Assembly: GCF_963921235.1 (NCBI RefSeq)
Contig: NC_086110.1
Location: 9,238,001 to 9,302,000, forward strand
Length of the DNA: 64,000 nt
Direction: 5' to 3'
Source: Mobula hypostoma
Lineage: Eukaryota
The notes under the pieces are model-generated. The model saw nothing but the letters and a program-made list of their open reading frames with translations. It was not told where the DNA came from and searched no databases. How positions within the stretch are numbered: the first letter of the stretch is position 1; each line of letters begins with the position of its first letter. The position numbers and the translations under genes were made by a program. Positions 48,040 through 61,818 of this stretch are shown one piece after another.

Positions 48040-48740
48040 CATTGAGACCCACAAGTGGAACAGGTCAAAAGCTTTAAGTTCCTTGGGGTCACTATCACAA
48101 ATGACCTGACTTGGTCCAACCAAGCGGAGTCCATTGCCAAGAAGGCCCACCAGTGCCTTTACTTCCTGAGAAAGCTAAAGAAATTTGGCCTGTCCCCTAA
48201 AACCCTCAATAATTTTTATAGATGCACTGTAGAAAGCATTCTTCTAGGGTGCATCACAACGTGGTATGGAAGTTGTCCTGTCCAAGACCGGAAGAAGCTG
48301 CAGAAGATCATGAACACAGCCCAGCACATCACACAAACCAACCTTCCGTCCTTGGACTCACTTTACACCGCATGCTGTCAGAGCAGTGCTGCCAGGATAA
48401 TCAAGGACACGACCCACCCAGCCAACACACTTTTCGTCCCTCTTCCCTCCGGTAGAAGGCTTAGGAGCTTGAAGACTCATATGGCCAGATTTGGGAACAG
48501 CTTCTTTCCAACTATGATAAGACTGCTGAAGGGATCCTGACCCGGATCTGGGCCATACCCTCCAAATATCTGGACTGCCCTCTTGGGTTTTTTTGCACTA
48601 CCTTACTTCCCCTTTTCTATTTATGATTTATAATTTAAATTTTTTAATCTTTACTATCGATTTGTACTCCAGGGAGCATGAAGCGCAGAATCAAATATTG
48701 CTGTGATGATTGTACGCTCTAGTATCAATAGTTAGGTGGC
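48040..48740 (+). mobile_element. L2-like LINE 3' fragment, near-intact C-terminal ORF
   Basis: ORF 48055-48540 EQVKSFKFLGVTITNDLTWS...KKAHQCLYFLRKLKKFG...LPSGRRLRS. Confidence 0.85.
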
Positions 48741-48924
48741 AATGAGGTATAAAGCCTCCTCACTGCTAGCATTGGGGATGAAGTACAGGATCCTGAGTCC
48801 CCACACTCATTGATTTAGGAACTGCTTCTTCCGCTTTGATATCAGATTTCTGAACAGTGCAGGAATCCATGAATGCTACCTCATTTTACTGGTTTTGCGC
48901 TAATTATTTATTTTTGTATTTATA

Positions 48925-50570
48925 GAAACCATAGAAACTACAGCACAGAAACAGGCCTTTTGGCCCTTCTTGGCTGTGCTGAACCATTTTCTGCCTAGTC
49001 CCACTGACCTGCACACGGACCGTATCCCTCCATACACCTCCCATCCATGTATCTGTCCAATTTATTCTTAAATGTTAAAAAAGAACCTGCATTTACCACC
49101 TCGTCTGGCAGCTCATTCCATACTCCCACCACTCTGTGTGAAGAAGCCCCCCGCCAAATGTTCCCTTGAAACTTTTCCCCCCTCACCCTTAACCCATGTC
49201 CTCTGGGTTTTTTTCTCCCCTTGCCTCAGTGGAAAAAACCTGCTTGCATTCACTCTATCTATACCCATCATAATTTTATATACCTCTGTCAAATCTCCCC
49301 TCATTCTTCTATGCTCCAGGGAATGAAGTCCTAACTTATTCAACCTTTCTCTGTAACTGAGTTTCTCAAGTCCTGGCAACATCCTTGTAAACCTTCTCTG
49401 CACTCTTTCAACCTTATTTAAATCCTTCCTGTAATTTGGTGACCAAAACTGAACACAATATTCCAGATTCGGCCTCACCAATGCTTTATACAACCTCATC
49501 ATAACATTCCAGCTCTTATACTCAATACTTTGATTAATAAAGGCCAATGTACCAAAAGCTCTCTTTACGACCCTATCTACCTGTGACGCCACTTTTAGGG
49601 AATTTGTATCTGTATTCCCAGATCCCTCTGTTCTACTGCACTCCTCAGTGCCTTACCATTAACCCTGTATGTTCTACCTTGGTTTGTCCTTCCAACATGC
49701 AATACCTCACACTTGTCTGTATTAAACTCCATCTGCCATTTTTCAGCCTATTTTTCCAGCTGGTCCAAGTCCCTCTGCAGGCTTTGAAAACCTTCCTCAC
49801 TGTCTACTACACCTCCAATCTTTGTATCATCAGCAAATTTGCTGATCCGATTTACCACATTATCATCCAGATCATTGATATAGATGACAAATAACAATGG
49901 ACCCAGCACTGATCCCTGTGGCACACCACTAGTCACAGGCCTCCACTCGGAGAAGCAATTCTCTACTACAACTCTTTGGCTTCTTCCATTGAGCCAATGT
50001 CTAATCCAATTTACCACCTCTCCATGTATACCTAGCGACTGAATTTTCCTAACTAACCTCCCATGTGGGACCTGGTCAAAGGCCTTACTGAAGTCCATGT
50101 AGACAATATCCACTGCCTTCCCTTCATCTACTTTCCTGGTAACCTCCTCGAAAAACTCCAATAGATTGGTCAAACATGACCTGCCATGCACAAAACCATG
50201 TTGACTCTCCCTAATAAGTCCCTGTCTATCCAAATGCTTGTAGATTCTGTCTCTTAGTACTCCCTCCAATAACTTGCCTACTACCGACGTTAAACTTACT
50301 GGCCTATAATTTCCTGGATTACTTTTCGATCCTTTTTTAAACAACGGAACAACATGAGCCACTCTCCAATCCTCCAGCACCTCACCTGTAGACAGCGACA
50401 TTTTAAATATTTCTGCCAGGGCCCCTGCAATTTCAACACTAGTCCCCTTCAAGGTCCGACGGAACACCCTGTCAGGTCCCGGGGATTTATCCACGTGAAT
50501 TTTCCTCAAGAAGCAAGGACCTCCTCCTTTTCGATCTGTACAGTTTCCATGATCCCACTACTTGTTTACG
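48925..50570 (-). mobile_element. CR1-like LINE (RT to tail), relatively young
   Basis: ORFs 49748-50509 and 49113-49592 with [41 protein letters not shown]. Confidence 0.92.
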
Positions 50571-50629
50571 TATAATCATTATTACGTCTTTTCTCTCTTT
50601 CAAAGATCTTTAGAAAGTCATTCACGCCT

Positions 50630-51280
50630 TTATATCCTCCCGCTTAGACTACTCTAACTCCTTGTATACTGGGATTAGTCAGTCGTCCCTGTCCCGCCTG
50701 CAACTGGTCCAGGCTCCTGACAGGTGCTCGGAAGAGGGACCATATTACTCCTATCCTGGCCTCTCTCTACTGGCTACCAGTATGGTTTAGAATTGATTTT
50801 GAGGTTCTCCTGTTTGTTTTTAAAACCCTAAATGGGCTGGCCCCCTCCTATATCGCAGACCTTCCAACCCCTTATTCTACTTCCAGGTCCCTCAGGTCGG
50901 CTGACTTGGGGCTCCTGGTTGTCCTACGATCTAAATTTAAGTTCAGGGGTGACCGCGCCTTTGCTGTTGTAGCCCTTAGACTGTGGAGCAGCATTCCCCT
51001 CCCTATCACATCTGCCCTCTCCATTGACTCTTTTTAAGTCCAGGCTCAAAACTTGCCTTTATTCACTGGCGTTTGAATCTTCCTGATGTGGCTGATTTTT
51101 GGCTTGTGCTTAGGCTCATGTGTTGCTTATTTTGTACCTATAAGCTGTATGCCTTGTTTAAATCTGTGTTTCTTGTATTTGTGATTTTTGCTACCTGTTG
51201 TGGTTTGTACAGCATTTTGGTCAACATGGGTTATTTTTAAATGTGCTTTATAAATAAATTTGATTTGACTTGACTTGATT
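50630..51280 (+). mobile_element. L2-clade LINE 3' fragment
   Basis: DHITPILASL(H)WLPV..RIDFEVLLFVFKTLNGLAPSYI; tail aataaa(tttga/cttga)n. Confidence 0.8.
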
Positions 51281-52481
51281 GCCGTGGCAAAGCAGCAAAT
51301 TTTTGTGACTTAAAAAACAAAAAAAATTCTGATTCCGCTCACCTACAGAAGGATACACTTTTAATTGAGGGAACTTTTATCAGATTAATGCCTGGTATCA
51401 ATGTTTTGTTGTAAGAATAGAGTAAGAAGCAGAGCCTATACATTCCTGGGTTTAGAGGAATGAGGGATAATGTTGTTGAAAGACTTGAGATTTGTAGTCC
51501 TAAATAGCAGTGTAGTCTGCGTGGGGTTGTTTACTAGCTTAAGGCTAAGTTAATGGACATGGTTATTGCAGAAGGCATGTATCATGCAACAATACGAGCA
51601 TATCTACTATACTAAATAAATTAGAAAGACAGCAGGTTTTTGTTTTTTTTTAGAGGTTGATGGTGCTTTCACAATTGCACTGTTTTAACAGTTGAAGATG
51701 TTGAGCTATGAGGCATATAATCTTTAGTTTTTGACTTGCAGAAAAAAGCTTATGCTTCACAGTGAAACTATGGTTGCAGTATAAATCCAGAGTTCATTTT
51801 ACCTTGGATGGGAGTAATGTGTTGTTCTCTTACGTGAAAAATGATGTTGTTTTGGAATGAGTCTTTCCTTTGGATCAGTATTCAGAGCTTGGATTACAGT
51901 TTCAAAATGGAATCAGATGTTCAGAGCTGAGATAACAAAAAGCTTCTTCACCTTGGAAGCCGTGAATATTTGGAATTTTCGGACAAGTGGAATGTGCAGA
52001 ACTCATTTCCTCACACCCAGATTGGTAGGTGTTTGCATGTTAGAAGAACTAAAGGATATTATGAGTAACTCAAGGAAGTTGGTACTGAGGTAAAATATCA
52101 GCCGTTAAATTATTTTGTGGGTGAAACAGTAATGGGACATCAATATTAACACGTATTGGAATTGATGAGGAGTACAGACAGTGATCTGCACATCTTGTAT
52201 GTTCAAATATTCATAGCTAGATGGAGAGCTCAGCACATGCTGAGAAGAGGAGTTCAAGTATACACCAGGCAGTGTAACTGGAATGAGTATTACTTACTGG
52301 TACTTGTGGTAGGCTACAAATATTTTGTCTTGCATTCTTTAGGAGGTGGCGATTATTTATTTTCCTTTTTATTTTTGCAAAGCATCTCAGTTGAAAGAGT
52401 AACATGCATACGTCTAATTTTTTGCAGCCTGGCTGCTTCTTGACAAGAGATTTATCTCTGCCTTTGTGCCTTCCTTTACAG

Positions 52482-52630
52482 AGTGTGGTCTGCTGGTCAG
52501 TGCTCAGCCATTTACGCACTGTGTGGTACCTAATTTCATCCAGAGTCAGTCATTCCTGACAGGGCTTCAAAATGAACTTCTGCAACTAAACTTTCATGAA
52601 AAATCCAATGATCTCTACAAATTTAAGCAG
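52482..52630 (+). CDS. OGFOD1: OGFOD1 exon 2
   Basis: [42 protein letters not shown] matches human [42 protein letters not shown]; cctttacAG / GTGAGA; phase 1/0. Confidence 0.95.
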
Positions 52631-52691
52631 GTGAGAAGCAGTTTTTGCAGGGAGAAAATGGAAAGGTTGCTTGTAGAAAGAACAAAATGAA

Positions 52692-53085
52692 ATTGATACC
52701 CCAAAAGATCAAGGCATTTTGCTGTGTGTACAGGAATGAAATAGTGCTGAGGAGCTACCTACTGATTTCATAGCTTGGGTGTCATGGTGCAATGGATACT
52801 TAAGAATGGTGCAGATTGCGAGGTTGTTTCATTAGCAAATGGACTAGTCGCATAATGTACACAAGGCAGCCATTGTACAAAATACACTTGTAGTGATAAA
52901 TGATAGAATTAATTAATTTTCATATACAAAACACTTTGCAGCCGAATGACCAATTTTATTGTGTCACTGTCATACTGTCAGGAAAAAAATCTTGTACAAT
53001 GTTGTGAAATGATACCAGCTAAAGTAATGAACAGAAACTGAAACATAGGATGAGTTGTGCAATTTGTTATGTGGGGACAGGTCAT
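52692..53085 (+). repeat. ~395-bp direct duplicate of 44696-45091, in OGFOD1 intron 2
   Basis: See partner copy. Confidence 0.95.
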
Positions 53086-53467
53086 GTAGTTTACAATTAC
53101 AGTGGTTGCTGGCATTTTTAGTTTCTTAATAAAGATAGCAGGTTGCGAACATTTTTAAATATTATTGAGAAGTTTTTGTTAGTTTATTCAAAGCAAATGG
53201 GAGAGCTTGAAGCAGGAGAGCTTAAAGCACAGGCAGTCTTCATGCCGTTTAGCCTTAAGCAACTGTTAATTGAAGTGATGAGATGCACTTCTGAATATTG
53301 CTTTTCTGACTCAGCTAAGAGAACAATATTGCAGATAAATATTTAGAACTAACAATTTGATGGAGGTAAATGTAGCCATTGACGGGAAAGTTCTGGTGAT
53401 ACATGTATAGTTAAAACTGATTTTTTTATTACTATGTATGTTAATATAATGTTTTGTTTCTTATTAG

Positions 53468-53514
53468 TCAGATGATCTCAGGAGAAGGAAAGAGTACCAT
53501 ATCTCAGCGCTAAG
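53468..53514 (+). CDS. OGFOD1: OGFOD1 exon 3 (47 nt)
   Basis: SDDLRRRKEYHISALR vs human SDDLKKRREPHISTLR; ttattAG / GTGAGT; phase 0/2. Confidence 0.95.
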
Positions 53515-54959
53515 GTGAGTTGCTGTGAACCAAGAGCTAATCCTCTTGTGGTGCCCCAAGTACAGTTCATTGAGACTTTCAACAAGTTCTAGAAATGAGT
53601 GTAGGAAATGGGGCCCAGAGAATCGAAAGGAAATATAGTGAGTTTTAAAGAGAGAAGTGGAAATAGGTCCTTGGTGAGTTTGGAGGAACATAGAAAAATG
53701 AGACTGCAGTGTATTTGAAGAGAATATAGAAAGAAATGCCCCAGTGAGACAGTTGCCCTACTATTGGGAGTTTTGATCAATTAGGTACCAGTTATTAGAG
53801 TTTTACCATATTCCTTAGTGTTTACCTCATCACTACTGCTGGCACTACCACAATTTGTGTCATACCATCTCTCATAGTCACAGTGCATTCACAGATCTTA
53901 CCTGTCAGATGTCTTGGTACGTATTGGTACCAATGACATATGAAGGAAAAACAAAGTGGTCATGAAAAGAGATATTAGAGACCGAGGTAGAAAGCTGAGA
54001 AGTAGGCCCTCCAGGGTAGTAACTTCTGGATTGCTGCCTGTGCCAAGTGCCGTTGAGGGTAGAAACAGGATGATATGGCATATTAATGTTTGGCTGAGTA
54101 GCTGGTACAGGGGGCAGGGCTTCAGGTTCTTGGATCATTAGGATTCCTTCTGGGGGAGGTATGACCTGTTCAAAAGTGACGAATTGTACTGAACCCGAAG
54201 GGGACTAATATTCTCATGGGCAGGTTTGTTAGAGCTGTCAGGGAGGGTTTAACTAATTTGGGTGGGAACTGGGGTGAAGGTCCTCAGGATAGGACTGATG
54301 GTAAGAAAGTAAAGGTAGCCTGCAGTCTGACTGTCAGGAAGGGCAGGCAGACGAAAGGACAAAATTGCATCCAACAAGGTGAGTATCAGTGGATTAGGGA
54401 TACAGAATCAAAAAGAGTAGCAAATGCAATATTCTGTAAGTGTTATATCTCAATGCATGGAGTATAAGAAATAATCTTGTTACATTATTAGAAATTGGCA
54501 GGTATGATGTTGTGGCCATCACTGAATCGTGGCTGAAGGATGGTTGTAGTTGGAAGCTGAATGTACAAGGTTACACACTGTATCGGAGGGATAGGAAGGT
54601 AGGCAGTGGGGTGGCGTGGCTCTGCTGGTAAATAATGGCATCAAATCAGTAGAAAGATGTGTGATAGGATCAGAAGATAGAAACATAGAAAATGTACAGC
54701 GCAATACAGGCCCTTCGGCCCACAAAGCTGTTCTTACTTTAGAACTACCTAGGCTTACCCATAGCCCTCTATGTTTCGAAGCTCCATGTATCCATCCAGG
54801 AGTCTCCTAAAAGACCCTATCGTTTCCACCTCCACCACCGCCGCCTGCAGCCCATTCCATGCATTCATGACTCTCTGCATAAAAAAACACTTAACCCTGA
54901 CATCTCCTCTGTGTGAATTCCCACACCCCGTACCGCTCTGTTTTACCTCCTCCCCAAGA

Positions 54960-56885
54960 TTCACAGGCCTGACTGTCCCGATAGACCCATAGTTTCTGCC
55001 TGCTCCTGTCCCACCGAACTTGTATCTGCCTACCTCAACACCATTTTGTCACCCATAGTTCAGTCCCTCCCCACCTACATTCGGGATACATTCCATGCCC
55101 TCCACCTCTTCAATAACTTCCAGTTCCCCGGTCCCGACTGCTTCATTTTCACTATGGATGTCCAATACACCTCCATTCCCTATCAAAAAGGCCTTAAAGC
55201 CCTCCGCTACTTTCTGGACAATAGACCTCACCAGTTCCTCACCACCACTACGCTCCTCTGGTTGGCGGAACTGGTACTCGCACTTAATAACTTCTCTTTT
55301 GGCTCTTCCCACTTTCTTCAGAGTAAGGGTGTAGCTATGGGAACTCGCATGAGCCCCAGCTATGCCTGCCTCTTCATTGGTTATGTGGAACAGTCTGTGC
55401 TCCGAACCTATTCTGGTACTGCTCCCCAACTTTTCCTTCAGTACATTAACGACTACATTGGTGCTGCTTCCTGCACCCATGCTGAGCTCGTCAATTTCAT
55501 CGACTTTACTTCAAAGTTCCACCCATCCCTCAAATTCACTTGGTCTATCTTGGACACTTCTCTCCCCTTTCTCGATCTCCTGGTCTCCATCTCTGGAGAC
55601 AGACTGTCCACTGACATCTTCTACAAGCCCACTGACTCTCATAACTACCTCGACTGTACCTCTTCCCACCCTGCCACATCAAAAATGCCATTCCCTATTC
55701 CCAGTTCCTCCATCTCCGCCGCATCTGCTCCCAGGATGAGGCTTTCCGTTCCAGGACATCTCAAATGTCCTCTTTCTTTAAGGATCGTGGTTTCCCTTCT
55801 GCCGTCATCAATGATGCCCTCACCCGCATCTCCTCCATTTCCCGCACTTCGGCCTTCACCCCATGCTCCCGCCACCACAATTGGGACAGAGTTCCCCTTG
55901 TCCTCACCTACCACCCCACCAGCCTCCAGATCCCGCACATTATCCTCCGCAACTTCCGCCACCTTCAAGAGGACCCCACCACTAAGTACATCTTTCCCTC
56001 TCCACCCCTCTCTGCTTTCCGGAGGGATCGGTCCCTCCGCGACTCCCTGATCCACACGTCCCTCCCCACGGATCTCCCACCCGGCACTTATCCCTGTAAG
56101 TGTAAGTGCTACACCTGTCCCTACACCACCTCTGTTGCCACCATTCAGGGCCCCAAGCAATCCTTCCAGGTGAGTCAACACTTCACCTGTGAGTCTGTTG
56201 GGGTCATATATTGCATCCGGTGCTCCTGGTGTGGCCTCCTCTACATCGGTGAAACCTGACACAGATTGGGGGACCGCTTCGTCAAGCACCTCCGCTCCGT
56301 CTGCCACAACAGACAGGATCTCCCACCCACTTGAACTCTGCTTCCCATTCCCATTTGGATATGTCCATACATGGCCTCCTCTACTGCCATGATGAGGCTA
56401 AACTCAGGATAGAGGAGCAACACCTCATATACCGTCTAGGTAGTCTCCAGCTCCTTAGTATGAACATAGAATTCTCCAACTTCCAGTAATTCCCTCCCCC
56501 TACCTTCCCCTATCCCTATGTCACTCTGCCCCCTCCCCTAGCTGCCTATCACCTCCCTCATGGTTCCACCTCCTTCTACTACCCATTGTGTTTTCCCCTA
56601 TTCCTCCTTCACCTTTCCTGCCTGTCACCTCCCTGCTTCCCCTCCCCCACCCCTTTTATCTTTCCCCTTACTGGTTTTTCACCTGGAACCTACCATCCTT
56701 CTCCTTCCCACCCTCCCCCCACCTTTTTTATAGGGCCTCTGCTCCTTCCCTCTTCAGTCCTGACGAAGGGTTCCGGCCCAAAATGTTGACTGATCATTTC
56801 CACGGATGCTGCCTGACCTGCTGAGTTCCTCCAGTGTGTTGTGAGTGTTGCTTTGACCCCAGCATCTGCAGAGTATTTTGTGTTT
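54960..56885 (+). mobile_element. Penelope-like element (RT + GIY-YIG), 5'-truncated
   Basis: ORF 55046-56050 FTMDV..YTSIP, GVAMGTRMSPSYACLF, YINDYI; GIY-YIG VIYCIRCSWCGLLYIGET; tail with degenerate hammerhead 56755-56792 (GAAA>AAAA). Confidence 0.9.
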
Positions 56886-57624
56886 GAGGTGAGAGTGGAT
56901 ATGGGACCGCTAGAAAATGAGGCCAGAGCAATAATAACAGGGTACAAGGAGATGACAGATGAAATAAATGAGTAGTGAGTCATCGGTCTTCACTGTGGGA
57001 AGATACCAGCAGTGTGCCAGATGTTGAAGGGTGTGAGGGAAGGGAAGTGAATGCAAGGGAGAAGGTGCTCAAAAAGCTGAAAGAACTAAGTGTACATAAG
57101 CCGTCAGGACCAGATGAACTGCACACTAGGGTTCTGAAAGAGGCAGTGGTAGAGATTGCAGAGGCATTTGTAATGATTTTTCAAAAATCATTGGATTCTG
57201 GCGTAGTGCCAGAGGACTAGAAAATTGCAAATGTCACTACACTCTTAGAGAAAGGAGGAAGGCAGCAGAAAGGAAATTATAGACCAGTTAGCCTGACCTG
57301 AGTGGTTGGGAAGATGATGGAGTCAATTGTTAAGGATGAGGGGATGAGGTTATAGAGCACTTGGTGACATAGGACAAAGTCAGCATGAAACATATATTGG
57401 AGTTCTTTGAGGAGATGAGAGGGATGTAGTGGCTGTTATATATTTGGACTTTCAGTTAAGAGCCCATGGTTACTATCATGGTTAGAGCATTGGCTGATTG
57501 GTTGGAGGCAGCAAGTGGGAATAAAAGGACCGTTTTCTGGTTGACTGCCAGTTACTGGTGGTGGTCTGTAGGGGTCAGTGTTGAGACTGCTTTTTATGCT
57601 GTATATCAGTGATTTGGATGATGG

Positions 57625-60600
57625 TGTATAACCACTCTGAGTCGGTGAGTTGGAGTTGCGATAAAGAGATTTATTCAAACTTCGCGGCCTGCTTTAAAGC
57701 CTTCCCGTTCCCGCCCTCCCTGGGGCAGGATTGCTGTGGGGAATGCATATTCCCAGACCCTTTCTGCGCGCGGGATTTTCCCCCTGCTGGTGAAGATGGC
57801 CTGGCACCCTTTTTGGGGCTGGCCCTCTGCCTGCGCGCGCTGTTGTGAGCCGGTTCATGTGTGCCAGAAAGTGGGTCACCACATAACCCCCCCCCAGAAC
57901 CGGCGATACCTCCCCCAATGTCCACAGTCTGGATCGGCCTCTGTTTGGGAGGTCTGCCCCTGCGCCGCGGTGCCTGAGCCTGGACCGGCTACGCCAAGTC
58001 CACATGGGCCGGTTTGAGTCAGTCCACCGTGAAAACCTTCTCTCTCACCCCAATGTCCAGCACGAACGTGGACCCATTGTTCCTGATCACCTTAAACGGC
58101 CCCTCGTAGGGCCGCTGTAGCGGTGCCCGGTGTCCGCCCCATTGTACAAAAAGAAACTTGCAGTTCTGCAGGTCTTTGGGTACGCAGGTCGGGCTCTGTC
58201 CATTCTGTGAAGTGGGTATGGGGGCCAGGTTACAGAGCCTCTCCCGTAGTCTGTCCAGGACTGCTGTGGGTTCTTCCTCTTGTCCCTTGGGGCTGGTATG
58301 AACTCTCCTGGGACGACCAGGGGTGCGCCGTACACCAACTCGGCCAACGAGGTGTGTAGATCCTCTTTGGATGCCGTGCGGATTCCGAGCAGGACCCAGG
58401 GAAGTTCGTCCACCCAGTTAGGCCCCTCCAGGCGGGCCATGAGAGCCGACTTCAGGTGACGGTGGAAACGCTCCAGTAGTCCGTTCGACTGTGGGTGGTA
58501 GGCAGTTGTTTGGTGTAGCTGTGTTCCTAAAAGGTTGGCCATAGCTGACCACAGGCTGGAGGTGGACTGGGCGCCCCTGTCGGAGGTAATGTGGGCCGGT
58601 ACCCCGAAGCGGGCTACCCAGGTTGCGATCAGTGCTCGGGCACAGGATTCGGAGGTGGTGTCGGTGAGCAGGACTGCCTCTGGCCATCTGGTGAACCGGT
58701 CTACGATAGTTAGGAGGTGCCGCGCTCCTCGCGACACTGGCAGGGAGCCCACGATATCCACATGAATGTGGTCGAACCTCCGGTGGGTGGGTTCGAACTG
58801 CTGCGGTGGAGCCTTGGTGTGCCGCTGCACCTTGGCCGTTTGGCACTGCATGTATGTTTTGGCCCATTCACTGACCTGTTTACGAAGCCCATGCCGCACG
58901 AATCTGTTGGAGACCAGCTGGACGGTTGTCCTGATGGAAGGGTGCGCTAAGTTGTGAATGGATTCAAAAACCCGCCGGCGCCAGGCTGCTGGGACGACGG
59001 GGCGGGGTTGGCCGGTAGCTACGTCACATAGTAGGGTCCTCTCACCTTGGCCTACGGGGAGGTCTTGGAGCTGTAAATCGGAGGCTGCAGTCCTGTAACT
59101 GGGGATCTCAGCGTCTCCCTGCTGTGCCTCTGCCAGCGCTGCATAGTCCACCCCCTGGGACAGGGCCTGTATGGTCGGTCTGGAAAGTGCGTCTGCCACA
59201 ACGTTGTCCTTTCCCGAGACATGCTGGATGTCCATCGTGTACTCGGAGATGTAGGACAGATGTCGCTGCTGGCGGGACGACCAGGGGTCGGACACCTTCA
59301 TGAACGCAAAGGTAAGCGGTTTGTGGTCTGTAAACGCGGTGAAGGGCCTACCTTCTAAGAAGTACCTGAAATGCTGGATTGCCAGGTATACTGCCAATAG
59401 CTCCCGGTCGAAAGCACTGTATTTGAGTTCAGTTGGTCGTAGGTGTTTGCTGAAGAACGCCAGGGGTTGCCAGCGACCCTCTGAGTTGTTCCAGCACTCC
59501 ACCGACTGCTGTGTTGGACGCGTCCACCGTGAGGGCAGTAGGAACGTCCGTTCTGGGGTGCACTAGCATCGTGGCGTTTGCCAAGGCTTCCTTGGTTTTA
59601 ACGAAAGCGGTTGCGGCCTCTTCATCCCAGGTAATGTCCTTGCCCTTACCCTTACCCGCTGAGGGGAGGAAACGGTGGTAGAAATTCACCATACCCACGA
59701 ATTCCTGCAGGCCTTTGATTGTGTTGGGTCGGGGGAAGTTGCGGACCGCGTCTACCTTGGCGGGCAGAGGGGTTGCCCCGTCTTTAGTAATCCTGTGGCC
59801 CAGGAAGTCGATGGTATCGAGTCCGAACTGGCATTTGGCTGGGTTGAAGGCCGAATTCGCTCAGGCAGGAGTAGAGCTGGCGGAGGTGGGACAGATGCTT
59901 CTGCCGACTACTGCTGGCTATGAGGATGTCGTCCAAATAGATGAATGCGAAGTCCAGGTCGCGTCCCACCGTGTCCATTAGCCGCTGGAAAGTCTGTGCG
60001 GCATTCTTTAGACCAAACGGCATTCGGAGGAATTCGAAAAGTCCGAACGGGGTGATAAGTGCTGTTTTGGGGATGTTGTCCGGATGTACCGGGATTTGAT
60101 GGTATCCCCGGATGAGGTCTACCTCGGAAAAGATTCTTAGGTTTGCTGCGAAGTCTTGAATGTGTGGCACAGGGTAGTGGTCTGGCGTTGTAGCCTCATT
60201 CAGCCTGCGGTATTCACCGCATGGTCTCCAGCCCCTGTTGCCTTGGGCACCATGTGCAGGGGGGAGGCCCATGGGCTGTCGGACCATCGTATGATCCCCA
60301 ATTCCTCCATCTTGAACAACTCCTTCGCCAGTCGGAGCTTGTCCGGGTAAAGCCTTTGAGCACGGGCGTGGAGGGGTGGTCCCTGGGTCGGGGTGTGGTG
60401 CTGGGCATGGCTGCCGTGAACTGCGGTGTCAGTATTGATGGGAAATCCGCCAGGACCCTGGTGAATTCATCGTTGGACAGAGTGATGGACTCCAGCCTGG
60501 CAACTTAGCTTCACCCAGGGAGAATGTTTGAAAAGTCTTGGCGTAGACCAGTCGCTTCCCTTGCAGGTCGACCAGCAGGCTGTGGGCTCGCAGAAGATCC

Positions 60601-61818
60601 GCCCCCAGGAGTGGTTGGGCCACGGCGGCCAGTGTGAAGTCCCACGTGAACCGGCTGGAACAGAACTGTAGCCGCACAGTGCTACGTATTGTGCTGCCAT
60701 TTGCGGCCCTCAGCGTGGATCCCGGTTCTCTGTTGCGGGTGTCGTAACTCGTTGGAGGTAAGACGCTGATCTCTGCTCCGGTGTCGACCAAAAATGGACT
60801 GCTTGTCCCAGACATACAGGAGGCTGTCCTGATGGCCAGCCGCCGTAACCATCAGTGGCGGCTGGGCCTTGGCATTTCCCGGGAATTTGCAGGGTGGTCT
60901 ACAGCGGCGGGCCACTGTGCCCCACCACTGGTGGTAGAAGCACCATTGTTCGTTGGGCTCTGCTGCCGGGCCTGGTCTGGTCTGTCGTTGGGTACGCGGC
61001 TTGGTGATCTGTGTGACTGATGCCCCTCTCTCCTCCTTGGCATTCCACAACACATCTGCTCGGGCTGCCACCTCCCGGGGATCGCTGAAATCTGTGTCGG
61101 ACAGCAGCAGGCTTATGTCCTCGGGCAGTTGCTCTAGGAATGCCTGCTCAAACATGAGGCAGGGTTTGTGTCCTTCAGCCAGGGCCAGCATTTCGTTCAT
61201 TAATGCTGAAGGCGGCCTGTCTCCCAAACCATCCAGGTGCATTAAGCGGCGTGCTTGTTCGCGCCGTGAGAGTGTGTATTTGCCGTTCTCTGGGGGCGAC
61301 TGTATAAACTCCTCAACTTGTGCAGCAGTCTCTTGGTCAAGAGAGCTCAGCAGGTAGTAGTAGCGAGTGGACTCCGAGGTTATCTGCCGAATGTGGAATT
61401 GTGCTTCTGCCTGTTCCAACCACAGATGAGGTCTCAGCGGCCAAAAGCCTGGCAGTTATAACGAAACTGCGTGAACAGATGCGGCGTCGGTCATCTCTGG
61501 CCCAAATATTGTTTGGGTTGTCGGGGTCACCAAATGCAGCGGTGCGCTACACACAGCGCTAGAATAACCACACGGAGTCGGTGAGTTGGAGTTGCGATAA
61601 AGAGATTTATTCAAACTTCGTGGCCTGCTTTAAAGCCTTCCCGTTCCCGCCCTCCCTGGGCGGGACTGCTGTGGGGAGTGCATATTCCCAGACCCTTTCC
61701 GCGCGCGGGATTTTCCCCCGGCTGGTGAAGGTGGCCTGGCGCCCTTTTTGGGGCCGGCCCTCTGCCTGCGCGCGCTGTTGTGAGCCAGTTCGTGGGTGCC
61801 AGAAAGTGGGTCGCCACA
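57625..61818 (-). mobile_element. Ty3/Gypsy LTR retrotransposon with both LTRs, PBS, PPT and 4-bp TSD (ATGG)
   Basis: LTRs 61535-61818 and 57625-57883; PBS TTTGGTGACCCCG; PPT G-run 57886-57895; gag 60682-61419, protease FLVDTGAEIS, RT 59784-60287 (YLDDIL), RNase H/integrase ORF 58087-59502; ATGG at 57621-57624 and 61819-61822. Confidence 0.95.
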
